Virus record (IMG/VR): IMGVR_UViG_3300044796_000394
Direction: 5' to 3' (one strand)
Length of the DNA stretch: 64,000 nucleotides
Source: a virus
Taxonomy: Duplodnaviria; Heunggongvirae; Uroviricota; Caudoviricetes
In this document: in pieces, positions 30,440-40,086 of the stretch
Layout: each line of letters opens with the position of its first letter
Numbering within the stretch: position 1 is the first letter of the stretch
Notes under the pieces: model-generated
Database searches by the model: none
What the model was told of the DNA's origin: nothing
Seen by the model: the letters and a program-made list of their open reading frames with translations, nothing else
Program-made: the position numbers and the translations under genes

Positions 30440-32821
30440 ATGTCATTAAAAGGTTTTCCGCCTTCCAACCTAATCAGTCCGAGCGTACGGATTTCTGAAG
30501 TCGATTTGAGCTTCCTACCGGCAGTTCAGACGGGGCACCGGGCGGGATTAGTTGGTTTTGCGAGCAAAGGGCCAATTAACAACCCGACTTTGGTAAGTTC
30601 TGTGAATGAACTTCATACCATCTTCGGACATCCGCATCCAGACGTAGGCGATCCCTACCTGATTTATGCGGCAGAGCAGTACTTGCAATTCGGCAGTGAG
30701 TTATTCATTGTTCGTGTTGGTAGCATTGACCCTGTTGATAGCGAAGCGGCGTTGGTTGCCTCTGTAGATATTCCTACGGCTGGTGGCCCGGTTCAAATTT
30801 TGTCGAATGTTGCCGGTCCTTATACCTTCCCCGACGATGCGTTTTTCCGTTGGAAGTTAAATGGAATTCTGGCTTCTAAGACTTTGGTTGTGTTGGCGGG
30901 AACATTCTCAGTCACCGACCTTGTTAACAATCTTAACGCCCAATTGACTCCCGCTATTGACGGTATTGAGTTCTTTTGGACGAACCCTGACTCTGTGACG
31001 GGTGCTGCTCAATCCACAAGTAAAATTGCGGTCGAGTCAGTATTCAGCTATGGTGTTAACTCTTCCATTGAATTCGTATCCGTTCAATCTTCATTGTATG
31101 GCCCTCAATGGGACAACGGTGGATTATCTTGGGTAGCTCCTATCTCTGGTCTCGGCCAAGGTATGACTGACGCCAACCAAACAGGTACTATTGGTCGTTA
31201 TCCTAACAACTCATCGCAAACTCTTGGAAATTACGATTTCACTGGATTGTCTGGACTTAACCTCCAAATCGTAATTGACGGTACTGATAATATCTTGATC
31301 GATAATATCGTTCAAGTGGTTGATATTGATGAAAGTGCCCAAACCACTCAAGACGTTGTAGATTTTATCAACAACCAAATTGATGTTGGTGATATTCCCG
31401 GTGGGTTCGTGGCTGTTGTTTCTAGCAACTTCCTCAAACTTCAAACCTTACATACTGGTGCAGGTGCGAGACTGTTGGTGAAAACCTCTAGCACCGCTGA
31501 TGCTTTGTTCGGTTTGGACAATGACACCCACACTGGTACAAGTCCAGCAGGAGTTTCAGGTACTTCAAACTACACTGCCGGTAGAGTAACCGGTTCGGTT
31601 AATAGTGGTGGTACGGTTTGTTTCAGCTTGAGTGCTGACTCCGCTGGTATTGATGGAAATCAAACGCAAGTTAAGATTACGAACAACATTGTTGATGGTA
31701 ATTTCACGCTCGAAGTTTATTCTTATGGAAGCCAAGTTGAACAATTTGGTCTCTTGAGCAAGGATGAAACCAACACTTACTTTGTTGAATCTTATCTGTC
31801 GCTGGTTTCAAATTACGTTCGTGTTGCCAACAATGACAATACTTTGGCGTTGCCTGCGAATGGCATCTATCAATTGGCCGGTGGTAGCGATGGTATTCCT
31901 GCCGATCCTGATAGCCAAGACATTCTGTTGATTGGTAGTGCCACCTCAATGACCGGACTTCAAGCGTTGTCCGATCCAGAGCAAGTTGACATTGACCTCG
32001 TAGCAGTTCCGGGGCACCCAAGTACAGCCAACATTCTCGGATTGTTGGACTTCTGTGAAAACGTGCGTGAAGACTGTTTCTCTGTCATTGAACCTCCATT
32101 CGGCTTGAGTGTAACGGAAATTATTCACTGGCAGAATGGTACTCACCCGCTCAACGACACAAGATTTGATAGCAACTTTGGTTCGCTTTACTGGCCGTGG
32201 GTTAAAGTTCGTGATACCTTCAACCGTGTTGATGTATGGGTTCCGCCAGCAGGCGTTGTATTGGGTGCTATCGCAAGATCAGACACCATTGCGGCTCCTT
32301 GGATCGCACCAGCAGGCACCACCCGTGGTCTCTGCCCAACAGTCCTCGACGTATTCACCCGTCCTACGCTTGCAGAGCGGGACTCAATGTATGGAAATCG
32401 CAATGCGGTCAATCCGATTGTTAACTTCCCAGACATTGAAGCATTCGTCATTATGGGTAACAAGACGCTTCAACGCCTTCCATCGGCTTTGGATCGCATC
32501 AATGTTCGCCGGATGATGTTGTATGTTGAAAAACAAATCAAGAATGCTTCACGTGATCTGTTGTTTGAACCTAATGACTCTGTCACGTGGTCGAGATTCG
32601 TCTCAATCGCCACTGGTATTCTTGACACGGTTAAGAACGGTCGTGGCATCACAGACTACAAAGTTCAATGTGACGATCAATTGAATACCGCCGATGTAGT
32701 AGATCGCAATGAAATGCGAGCAAGAATTGGCATCATCCCGACTAAGGCAGTTGAGTTCATCTTCATTGAGTTCTCGATCTTCCGAACGGGAACTGCTTTC
32801 ACCGAGAGCACAACTTTCTAA
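30440..32821 (+). CDS. Contractile tail sheath protein (gp18-like)
   Basis: Motifs SPSVRISEVD, GFASKGP, YWPWV, PWIAPAG, AVNPI, RINVRR, LFEPND and EFIFIEF. Confidence 0.96.
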   Translation: MSLKGFPPSNLISPSVRISEVDLSFLPAVQTGHRAGLVGFASKGPINNPTLVSSVNELHTIFGHPHPDVGDPYLIYAAEQYLQFGSELFIVRVGSIDPVDSEAALVASVDIPTAGGPVQILSNVAGPYTFPDDAFFRWKLNGILASKTLVVLAGTFSVTDLVNNLNAQLTPAIDGIEFFWTNPDSVTGAAQSTSKIAVESVFSYGVNSSIEFVSVQSSLYGPQWDNGGLSWVAPISGLGQGMTDANQTGTIGRYPNNSSQTLGNYDFTGLSGLNLQIVIDGTDNILIDNIVQVVDIDESAQTTQDVVDFINNQIDVGDIPGGFVAVVSSNFLKLQTLHTGAGARLLVKTSSTADALFGLDNDTHTGTSPAGVSGTSNYTAGRVTGSVNSGGTVCFSLSADSAGIDGNQTQVKITNNIVDGNFTLEVYSYGSQVEQFGLLSKDETNTYFVESYLSLVSNYVRVANNDNTLALPANGIYQLAGGSDGIPADPDSQDILLIGSATSMTGLQALSDPEQVDIDLVAVPGHPSTANILGLLDFCENVREDCFSVIEPPFGLSVTEIIHWQNGTHPLNDTRFDSNFGSLYWPWVKVRDTFNRVDVWVPPAGVVLGAIARSDTIAAPWIAPAGTTRGLCPTVLDVFTRPTLAERDSMYGNRNAVNPIVNFPDIEAFVIMGNKTLQRLPSALDRINVRRMMLYVEKQIKNASRDLLFEPNDSVTWSRFVSIATGILDTVKNGRGITDYKVQCDDQLNTADVVDRNEMRARIGIIPTKAVEFIFIEFSIFRTGTAFTESTTF

Positions 32822-32832
32822 TAGGAATAAAT

Positions 32833-33453
32833 ATGGCAAGAAATTCTTGTACTGATTATACAACGTCTGCGAATACCGTATTTAGCAGCACCCCCGCTGC
32901 CAGTGGCAACATGGGCATCGGGGCTTTGGGTGATCAGAACACTCTGTTGAAACGGAAGTTTCGGTTCCTCTTTGGTATCGATTTCTGTAATCACTCTAAG
33001 CAAGTCAGTCCTTCATTCGTCAAGATGGCTTCACGGCCTGACATTACGATTGAAGACACTGAGTTGCACTTTTTGAATGAAACGACTTGGATTCCCGGCA
33101 AAGCCAAATGGGAAACCATCACGGTAACCTACTACGACGTAGCAGGTGCTCAAAATGCGGGTCTGTATTCGTGGCTTGCTACGGTATATGACTTTACTAG
33201 CCAATGTCGCACAATGGCCTCCAAGCCAATTGACTACGCTGGTACGGCACACCTAGTTATGTTGGATGGTTGCGGCAACCCACTTGAAAAATGGACACTC
33301 GGCAACTTGTGGCCAACCTCAGTCAAGTTCGGTGAAGTAGGCTACGACTCAAGTGATGTAGCTGAAGTAGAACTGACTTTGCGTTATTCAAACGTAACTT
33401 ACGTCAGCTTCTGTGGCCCACAACCTGATATTTGCCCTTGCTCAACCTGCTAA
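32833..33453 (+). CDS. Tail tube protein (gp19-like) 1
   Basis: KRKFRF, WETITVTYYD and WPTSVKFGEVGY...LTLRY motifs; directly follows the sheath gene. Confidence 0.88.
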   Translation: MARNSCTDYTTSANTVFSSTPAASGNMGIGALGDQNTLLKRKFRFLFGIDFCNHSKQVSPSFVKMASRPDITIEDTELHFLNETTWIPGKAKWETITVTYYDVAGAQNAGLYSWLATVYDFTSQCRTMASKPIDYAGTAHLVMLDGCGNPLEKWTLGNLWPTSVKFGEVGYDSSDVAEVELTLRYSNVTYVSFCGPQPDICPCSTC

Positions 33454-33457
33454 TCCA

Positions 33458-33488
33458 ATAGTAGACAATACAAAGTATTGTCTACTAT
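33458..33488. repeat. 14-bp perfect inverted repeat between the two tube genes
   Basis: ATAGTAGACAATAC-AAA-GTATTGTCTACTAT. Confidence 0.75.
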
Positions 33489-33496
33489 CTTAATAC

Positions 33497-34072
33497 ATGG
33501 CTAGAAACTTATTAGAAATTGATCCGGCGAGTCAGACCGATTGTAACATCATGGGTCTGTCTCATGGGTTAAATCTTAACGAACTCTCTCCAAAGCAAAA
33601 GCACCGTTGGTTGTTCAGCATTCCTGATGTGTCTGCTCAACCCAATAGTACCAAGACTCTACCGCCACGTAAAGGCGCACGTCCCGGCGTGTCTTTTAAA
33701 GAACAAGAATTCCAACATCTTTCCGAAACGATTTATTATCCACTCAAAGCTGAATGGAAAACGGTCAACCTCGTACTTTATGACATTAGATGTAACAAGA
33801 ATCCTGTTTTTGATTGGCTAAGACGGATATACACACTTTCCAATAACAGTAGCAACAGTTTAACATTTAATCCTTGCCAACTTCTAGGTAGCGAGTTCAA
33901 AAAGGACAAAGCCCTTTTGGAACTTTACGACGGTTGTGGCAACACATTAGAACAATGGACTTTTGAGAACATTTACCCAAGTAGCATTGATTGGGGTGAT
34001 CTGGATATGGACTCATCCGATATAGTCGTGGTCGATCTCACACTCAGATACGACAGAGCATACATGTCATAA
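33497..34072 (+). CDS. Tail tube protein (gp19-like) 2
   Basis: PKQKHRW, DGCGNTLEQW and YPSSIDWGDLD...LTLRYD motifs; paralog of the upstream gene. Confidence 0.85.
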   Translation: MARNLLEIDPASQTDCNIMGLSHGLNLNELSPKQKHRWLFSIPDVSAQPNSTKTLPPRKGARPGVSFKEQEFQHLSETIYYPLKAEWKTVNLVLYDIRCNKNPVFDWLRRIYTLSNNSSNSLTFNPCQLLGSEFKKDKALLELYDGCGNTLEQWTFENIYPSSIDWGDLDMDSSDIVVVDLTLRYDRAYMS

Positions 34073-34078
34073 ATTTTG

Positions 34079-34107
34079 TTGACATATTCCTTCGTTTAAG
34101 TTATCAT
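34079..34107 (+). promoter_or_regulatory. Sigma70-type (early) promoter
   Basis: TTGACA-17 nt-TATCAT upstream of ORF 34140. Confidence 0.7.
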
Positions 34108-34139
34108 GTTTCCTTGTAATTTATTCATGGAGATGCGAT

Positions 34140-34676
34140 ATGTCTAACGTTGCCGTACCCAAGAATCTTGGAAAATTGTCAGCAACAAAAATTGTTTATT
34201 ATGCCATGAGCAAAGGATTAACTACAAGCAAAGACATTAGGGCATTTTTTGACAAATGCGACAAGACAGGCAGACGAAAAACTATCGTAATGGGCAAAGG
34301 GACTTTATCTACCGTCCGATCACAATACCTACTCTCAGTTCGCACTCATAATCCCGATCTCGATAATAAAATCTGCGAAATATTTGACAATGGATTCCTT
34401 GGGAATCTAATAGATGCCATTATCGTCAAGCCGGGCATTAGTAGAAGTGAAATTCGGGTATTCTTATACGGCACTATAAAAAGAGTGTTATCTGATACTA
34501 CTCTCAGCGAGTTGAAAGAAGCAGAAATTCTTACTTGCGAGATGGCTACAACAGGACATCCAAGCCAATTAATGCCAATTGACATTAAACAATTAAAAAA
34601 ACATCAACTGTATTATCACCTCGAAACACTCAAGCAAAGATATACCAAAAAAGAAATTCTAGATGCATTGCGTTAA
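34140..34676 (+). CDS. Hypothetical protein
   Basis: GGAG RBS; has its own promoter and terminator. Confidence 0.6.
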   Translation: MSNVAVPKNLGKLSATKIVYYAMSKGLTTSKDIRAFFDKCDKTGRRKTIVMGKGTLSTVRSQYLLSVRTHNPDLDNKICEIFDNGFLGNLIDAIIVKPGISRSEIRVFLYGTIKRVLSDTTLSELKEAEILTCEMATTGHPSQLMPIDIKQLKKHQLYYHLETLKQRYTKKEILDALR

Positions 34677-34678
34677 AC

Positions 34679-34707
34679 AAAAAACCCCTCGTTTAGAGGG
34701 GTTTTTT
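34679..34707. terminator. Bidirectional intrinsic terminator
   Basis: A6-CCCCTC-loop-GAGGGG-T6. Confidence 0.8.
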
Positions 34708-34712
34708 ATAAG

Positions 34713-34910
34713 TTATTCTAATACAATTGCACCGTTAACTTTTGTTTTTACAATAGCAAACAAATCAACGTCCACGTTGCCTGTATCCAAGGTGTCAAAG
34801 TCCATGCCATAAATGTCACGACCAACCACCCGATAAGCCTCTTCTTCATTCTTGGCATTCACAACAAATACCCGACTTGAAGATGATTCAATAGCTACAA
34901 ACTGTTTCAT
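34713..34910 (-). CDS. Hypothetical protein
   Basis: 65 aa with an AAGGGA RBS. Confidence 0.55.
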   Translation of the reverse strand: MKQFVAIESSSSRVFVVNAKNEEEAYRVVGRDIYGMDFDTLDTGNVDVDLFAIVKTKVNGAIVLE

Positions 34911-34919
34911 AAGTTCCCT

Positions 34920-35144
34920 TTAAAATTCAATTCCAAGTACCTTTCGGCATTCGGCCAGTGCTTCTTCCAATTGTTTTGTCTTCCAAGCAAGTACACGACA
35001 GGCACCACTTTTGTTAAGTCTGCCTTTCTTAGTGTAAACCTTGTTTTCGTTTCCCAAAAGAGCTTCAATCAATTCCCCATGTCCACTTTCCATGAGCTTT
35101 TGAATTAACTCGCCCCGCTCCAACAAGTCAACCATGTTAGTCAT
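34920..35144 (-). CDS. Hypothetical protein, possible HTH
   Basis: YTKKGRLNKSGACRVLAWK; downstream of the late sigma gene. Confidence 0.6.
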   Translation of the reverse strand: MTNMVDLLERGELIQKLMESGHGELIEALLGNENKVYTKKGRLNKSGACRVLAWKTKQLEEALAECRKVLGIEF

Positions 35145-35214
35145 AATTTGCCCCGATGTGATTTATTGATGCTTTAATATAGTAACGGGCAATACCCCAA
35201 GTTAAGTTTTTTTA

Positions 35215-35670
35215 TTATTGTTCGTGACTTTCAATTTTGATTTCAGGTTTTTTATAGTTGTTTTTCTTTCTGGCCTTCATCGAATTGGTCTGACGATCAG
35301 AAGTTTTTTCCGATAGATGGTCATGGTAACGAATCTTCAGTTCATTATAATTTTTAGCAGTCCTGTAAAGTTGACGGAAGTGATTTAAAATAATCGTCGT
35401 ACAAAAGTTAAATGCACGACCCTTCTCTGGATCAAATCTATGCAGTTTTTCAAAGCAAATCAGCACACCTTCCTGCAAAGCATCATCCTTATCAACCAAC
35501 TGAAAACGAAACGCCCTAATGATATTCTTGGCAAGAAGATAAAAAGCTTCAGCTAATTCCACCCGTGCCTCTGCGAATTCTTTAGAGTTTTCCCCTAAAT
35601 TATCCTTGGTGGATTTGAAGCGACCGATAATCGCTTCGAACATGTGGTTATTCAAATATTCGATTTTCAT
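35215..35670 (-). CDS. Late-transcription sigma factor (T4 gp55-like)
   Basis: YLNN, DDALQEG...RFDPEKGRAFNFCTTIILNHF. Confidence 0.85.
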   Translation of the reverse strand: MKIEYLNNHMFEAIIGRFKSTKDNLGENSKEFAEARVELAEAFYLLAKNIIRAFRFQLVDKDDALQEGVLICFEKLHRFDPEKGRAFNFCTTIILNHFRQLYRTAKNYNELKIRYHDHLSEKTSDRQTNSMKARKKNNYKKPEIKIESHEQ

Positions 35671-35776
35671 AGGATTCCGGTTCTAAAAAAATTGTGAGAC
35701 TTGGCTATTAATTATTATGTATGCCACTTTCCATTAAAATAGAAAGAGTCGTTCTAAAATTATTAAAATCAATAAA

Positions 35777-35971
35777 TTGTTTACCGAAATGTTAAACAAT
35801 CCTTTCGCCGCCAAGGTCTATCGTGACATTGCGAAGTGTTATGCGGATGCAGGATATGTTAACGAGGCCACCGTTTTTTCGGAATTAGCCCAAGAGGTTT
35901 TTGATGAGTATCACAGCGCAAATCATTCTGATGCCGGGAGAGAACCTAACGAAAACGCTGGAAAGCCTTGA
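35777..35971 (+). CDS. Small hypothetical protein
   Basis: Short ORF overlapping the start of the next gene. Confidence 0.4.
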   Translation: MFTEMLNNPFAAKVYRDIAKCYADAGYVNEATVFSELAQEVFDEYHSANHSDAGREPNENAGKP

Positions 35972-36755
35972 CGGTCAAGTTTCTCACGCTTTGATCGGAC
36001 TCTACAAAGATGCTCATGTGGAAAAGCTCCCAAATTGGTGCAAGACCAAACCTGTCAACTCTCATTTCAACGAATGGCGCAACCAGAACCTCAAAGGCCA
36101 AACCCTTATCATCAATCCGGGGGAAGAACTGTCCGGCGATTTGGACATAGCAGAAGGAACGTACAGAGTATACGTCATGGATGAAATGTCAGTGTCAAAG
36201 GAAACTCGTATCGTTCAACCGGGCGACGGCAAATTCGTCAATCCAATTTACGAATGCTTTGATACGCCGCAAAGAAAAGAACTAGTTAACGTTTTTATCA
36301 AACCCATAGCAACGGGAAGTCATTTGGATTTAGTTGAAAAGTGGATCAAAGAAGAACCCGGTTCATGCGAAGCGGATTACTACAAAGCATTTGAATTGCT
36401 TAGTAAGAACGACACCAAGGGCTTCATCAAACAGGGCGAGTACTTCTTGTTCCGTACGGGCGAGAAGAACCGATCTTCCATGATCATGATGAAATACTAT
36501 TTGGGCGTGATGTTGTTGAGAGACGGACAACCCAACAAAGCAGCGAGCTACTTAATGGCGGGATTGGAAATGGCACCAACAATGGCAGAGTTTTGGTGCG
36601 GATTAGGAGATTGCTTCCGCAAGACGGGTCAAGCAATGAAAGCGATGAGAATGTACAAGAATGCTATTATTATGGGCAAGAAAAGAGATACTCAAGATGA
36701 CCTTCCAATCATCTTGAGTATGTATGAAGAATATCCTCAAGGGATGTTTTCATAA
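35904..36755 (+). CDS. TPR protein with a degenerate glycosyltransferase-like N-terminus
   Basis: C-terminal TPR (APTMAEFWCGLGDCF...AMRMYKNA); the N-terminus resembles an eroded GT2 domain. Confidence 0.6.
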   Translation: MSITAQIILMPGENLTKTLESLDGQVSHALIGLYKDAHVEKLPNWCKTKPVNSHFNEWRNQNLKGQTLIINPGEELSGDLDIAEGTYRVYVMDEMSVSKETRIVQPGDGKFVNPIYECFDTPQRKELVNVFIKPIATGSHLDLVEKWIKEEPGSCEADYYKAFELLSKNDTKGFIKQGEYFLFRTGEKNRSSMIMMKYYLGVMLLRDGQPNKAASYLMAGLEMAPTMAEFWCGLGDCFRKTGQAMKAMRMYKNAIIMGKKRDTQDDLPIILSMYEEYPQGMFS

Positions 36756-37462
36756 ACTTGATTTTGAGAATATCTAATCACTTCCAAAGCTTGTTTTTCG
36801 TTACATCCATATAATCCCGAACCCCAAGCAGCATTGAGTTCAATCGCTGCCCAACCTCGATCCTTAATGACACCAACATCAATCACAATAGCTTTGGGTG
36901 TTTCTACTGATTGAAGAACTGATTCGGCAAATGCCACAGCTTCTTGTTTTTCTGGAAATGACGAATACCAATCTTCATCTTTTTGAAGCAGTCCATGCCG
37001 AAGATAAACCGATAAAGTTAACACCTTGCCGTTCAAGGCGAAACACCGAAATTCCTTTTCCCATTCTACTGATTCTTGTACCAAAACTGATATGTTGCCT
37101 TCAATATACTCTGGCAACTTATCATATACCTTGGCAGCGAACGATTTGTCATTGGGCGGCTTAACAAAACACGGAAGATGTTTTTTGGCATCTTCAAATG
37201 TCGTTAATAAAATTTCACGTTTTCTGAATTCCTCTGGCAACCTAACCAACCAGTCGTCAGGCGGCTCATTGGCTATTATACCTAATTGATCCGCAATCAT
37301 TGGTGTAAACAGCGATTCAACGTAAAGTACAGGATCGAAAAGAGGCTTATCGGGCAATCGCCAATTCTGCAATCGCTCAACATTCCAGCCCAATTCATGA
37401 GCCGTACGCCAAAGGCGTTGACTGTCACTGGTGTAACGAGAAGATAAGATAAGTGTCGGCAT
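36737..37462 (-). CDS. ATP-grasp domain protein (R2K clade / DUF4343-like)
   Basis: Motifs FVKPPNDKSF, EFRCF and IDVG...IELNAAWGSGLY. Confidence 0.85.
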   Translation of the reverse strand: MPTLILSSRYTSDSQRLWRTAHELGWNVERLQNWRLPDKPLFDPVLYVESLFTPMIADQLGIIANEPPDDWLVRLPEEFRKREILLTTFEDAKKHLPCFVKPPNDKSFAAKVYDKLPEYIEGNISVLVQESVEWEKEFRCFALNGKVLTLSVYLRHGLLQKDEDWYSSFPEKQEAVAFAESVLQSVETPKAIVIDVGVIKDRGWAAIELNAAWGSGLYGCNEKQALEVIRYSQNQVYENIP

Positions 37463-37463
37463 A

Positions 37464-37805
37464 TTAACCCCATATTCCAAAGCATTCATAGAAACCATTT
37501 AAGTCTGATCGAAAGATGTAGGCGGTGATTTCTTCACCGTCATGGTCGCCTTTCATTTCTACAAACTCTCTGTCATACAGGGCTTCGTGTAAATCAATTT
37601 CTTCAACATCTTCGTCGGGAACATCCCAAAGTTCGCCCTCTACCGAATAGCCATCCCCATCCGGAACAAGAGCCGGAAATTTGCCATTTTCAAACAGCCG
37701 GTAACACTCTTTTGTTTCGGCTTCGTTATCTACCAGTGTCGCATTTTCCAAATAATGGTTGTTGCGGTGCCCGGACTTTAACGTACCATAAACGAAAAGA
37801 AGCAT
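37464..37805 (-). CDS. Gamma-glutamylcyclotransferase (AIG2/GGACT-like)
   Basis: LFVYGTLKSG, FPAL, VEGELW and LDxxE-like motifs. Confidence 0.92.
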   Translation of the reverse strand: MLLFVYGTLKSGHRNNHYLENATLVDNEAETKECYRLFENGKFPALVPDGDGYSVEGELWDVPDEDVEEIDLHEALYDREFVEMKGDHDGEEITAYIFRSDLNGFYECFGIWG

Positions 37806-37807
37806 AA

Positions 37808-38074
37808 TTAGCCCTTTCTCTTGGGTTTGGGTTTACTCATTGCTTCAACTGCTGCTTGTAGGGCTTTTTTCGCTTTTTTCGCCTTTTTGGGCGGTGAAAT
37901 CCAAGATCCATGTGCAGGGTCCCACGCATAAATATGACCACTTTGCAGATCAACAAAAGCCCACTTGTCCGGACAGTGCGTTTTGATCGGACCAAGCGGA
38001 AAAGTTTCTACGTATTCTTTAACGATTTCGCCTGTCAGCAATTTCGTTTCGTATTTCGGCGTCATTTTTGTCAT
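37808..38074 (-). CDS. Hypothetical protein
   Basis: KTHCPDKWAFVDLQSG; translationally coupled to the upstream gene. Confidence 0.6.
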   Translation of the reverse strand: MTKMTPKYETKLLTGEIVKEYVETFPLGPIKTHCPDKWAFVDLQSGHIYAWDPAHGSWISPPKKAKKAKKALQAAVEAMSKPKPKRKG

Positions 38075-38829
38075 GGCAAAATCTCCAAAACGGCTTTCAA
38101 GATCGGAACAACATCGCACTTATAGATACCAGCTCCGTTGATCGGGCCGATTTCCATAAGTTTGAATCCATCATCCGTTAAGGCAACATCAGCTACATAT
38201 AATGGATGCGGATGCCACTTGGACGCTTCAATAAGATCGGCAGCAGCTTTCGGAAAACCATTTTCAGTTAACAGTCCACCTTCGCTGTATAGACTTCCCG
38301 TTATGACTTTGCCATTGGCCACAATCATACGGAATTCTTTTTTGATGACTTCAGGACGAGAAACAACACACAAAGTATCGTCTTTGGTGTTATACGTTCT
38401 GGCGTTCTTTTCCCATACCTTGTAATAATCCTTTTCAATCACCGCACCCGTAAACGTCTTATCGTTTGAATCGGGACGAATGAACATCCTATTATTAACA
38501 CCGAACATCTCATACAATTCATCCTTCAACCTCACCACTTCGGCGAATGGATAGAAGGCATACCGCTGTTGTACAAGGTCTTTGCCCCAATAAGGGTAAT
38601 AACCTTGGCAGGAAAGTTTGTGCCAGTCACACCACAGCGTCGGGCAATCAGGACGAGTCTGTAACTGTTTGATGAAATTGAGAGAACCGAAGAAAGTAGC
38701 CGGTTTGGGAAGGTCTTTTGTTTTGGCGTTAATGATCTGAACGTCCATGCCTAATTCTTGCGCAGCGTACCCCATCCGGTTGACTTCCCGGTGATCGTAA
38801 ACATGTTCTTCTATGAGGAGCGTTGGCAT
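38071..38829 (-). CDS. ATP-grasp domain protein (R2K clade / DUF4343-like), second copy
   Basis: Motifs FIRPDSNDKTFTG, EFR and ADVA...MEIG...AGIY. Confidence 0.85.
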   Translation of the reverse strand: MPTLLIEEHVYDHREVNRMGYAAQELGMDVQIINAKTKDLPKPATFFGSLNFIKQLQTRPDCPTLWCDWHKLSCQGYYPYWGKDLVQQRYAFYPFAEVVRLKDELYEMFGVNNRMFIRPDSNDKTFTGAVIEKDYYKVWEKNARTYNTKDDTLCVVSRPEVIKKEFRMIVANGKVITGSLYSEGGLLTENGFPKAAADLIEASKWHPHPLYVADVALTDDGFKLMEIGPINGAGIYKCDVVPILKAVLEILP

Positions 38830-38831
38830 GT

Positions 38832-39083
38832 CTATCTTTTATCAATTTGTTCATTATCGAGCTTGTCTTTAATGGACTGCTCATAGCGTGCGCCGAGATT
38901 CATTGCCGCACAGAAAGCATCCGCATCTTCTTGCCAAGCGAACGTTAACTCTGCGTTGTGCTTCATCATCAATACGCTCTTCTTTTTGGTGTTCATGATA
39001 CGGAAGTACTTCATCATCATACCCGGCCCCGCACCATCGGATCGAACGTAAGAAGATTCCATAACAACGTAAGCGTTACTCAT
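38832..39083 (-). CDS. Hypothetical protein
   Basis: 83 aa; GAGG RBS. Confidence 0.55.
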   Translation of the reverse strand: MSNAYVVMESSYVRSDGAGPGMMMKYFRIMNTKKKSVLMMKHNAELTFAWQEDADAFCAAMNLGARYEQSIKDKLDNEQIDKR

Positions 39084-39125
39084 GACAAACCCTCATGTGT
39101 TTATCCATGATAACACATTAGTAAA

Positions 39126-39704
39126 TTAAAATAAAGAGTTAAGATCGTTGACAATTGCTGTAACCTGATCTTGGAAACGGGCAATCTGTACAATCTTACG
39201 ACCACTTGGCAGCTTGTTTAACTCTTTTTCTAACTCATGGATTGTCGTATTGATGATCTTCCAATTCATTTGATTATCACGACTTTGCTGCATGACATCT
39301 TCGGCTGAACCAGTTGGCGAGACGGCAAAAATCGCATCAATGTCATTAACGACAACAGTGATCTTATCCCTGAATCGGGATGCTGCCATCATTCTCTTGC
39401 CCTTTGGAACTTCTTTCAAACGATCATTCAAATTGAAAACGTTACAATTAATAACCTTCCAATCGTTTCTGACTGCCTTGCGTTCCGCTTCTTCCTCTTC
39501 GGGCGTAATGACTTCTTTGGTTGGGAAATAAGACTGCAAACGATCCTTGTACTTTAACAAGGATCGCAGAAAGGTCATATTACATCCACAACCGGGATCT
39601 TTCAAAAATGATTTGATTTGCTCTGCGGACTCTGGAAACAGGTCTTGGAAACGCTTGTCCCAAAGTGCCTGTTTCAGATCCATTATCGTTACTTTATTCT
39701 TCAT
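39126..39704 (-). CDS. Hypothetical protein with two tandem ~47-aa repeats
   Basis: WKVINC...SRFRDKITVVVND and WKIINT...ARFQDQVTAIVND; also a PGCGCN motif. Confidence 0.65.
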   Translation of the reverse strand: MKNKVTIMDLKQALWDKRFQDLFPESAEQIKSFLKDPGCGCNMTFLRSLLKYKDRLQSYFPTKEVITPEEEEAERKAVRNDWKVINCNVFNLNDRLKEVPKGKRMMAASRFRDKITVVVNDIDAIFAVSPTGSAEDVMQQSRDNQMNWKIINTTIHELEKELNKLPSGRKIVQIARFQDQVTAIVNDLNSLF

Positions 39705-40083
39705 CCGAATCCTCAAAAGTCGTCAATGAGACAATGTACACGTAGATAGCAGCGAATACCGGGGACAATAGGCTAATCATAAAGCCCCATACTAATGCCC
39801 AAAGTTCAAACCGACCGAACTCAGGCCCGAAGCCAGCGAACCGAGCAATAGCGAAAACGGCCAAGCCGCTCCAGAATCCGTTGCACTGGTGACAGTTCAT
39901 CATTTCTACGACTTTATCAAAGAACCATTCCAAGCACGAATAGTTTCCCCATCGCTTTTGTGGTGCTCCGTTTTCGTTTTCTTTAAAAATTAACCAATAC
40001 TTGAACGAACTCGCAATTGAGCTGTCGGCAAGAAGGTGGCTCAAACCGATACCACCTAAAATCATAAGTACAAAATTCAGCAT
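39694..40083 (-). CDS. Membrane protein, DUF1360-like
   Basis: Hydrophobic helices and a CHQCNGFW motif. Confidence 0.65.
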   Translation of the reverse strand: MLNFVLMILGGIGLSHLLADSSIASSFKYWLIFKENENGAPQKRWGNYSCLEWFFDKVVEMMNCHQCNGFWSGLAVFAIARFAGFGPEFGRFELWALVWGFMISLLSPVFAAIYVYIVSLTTFEDSDEE

Positions 40084-40086
40084 ATT

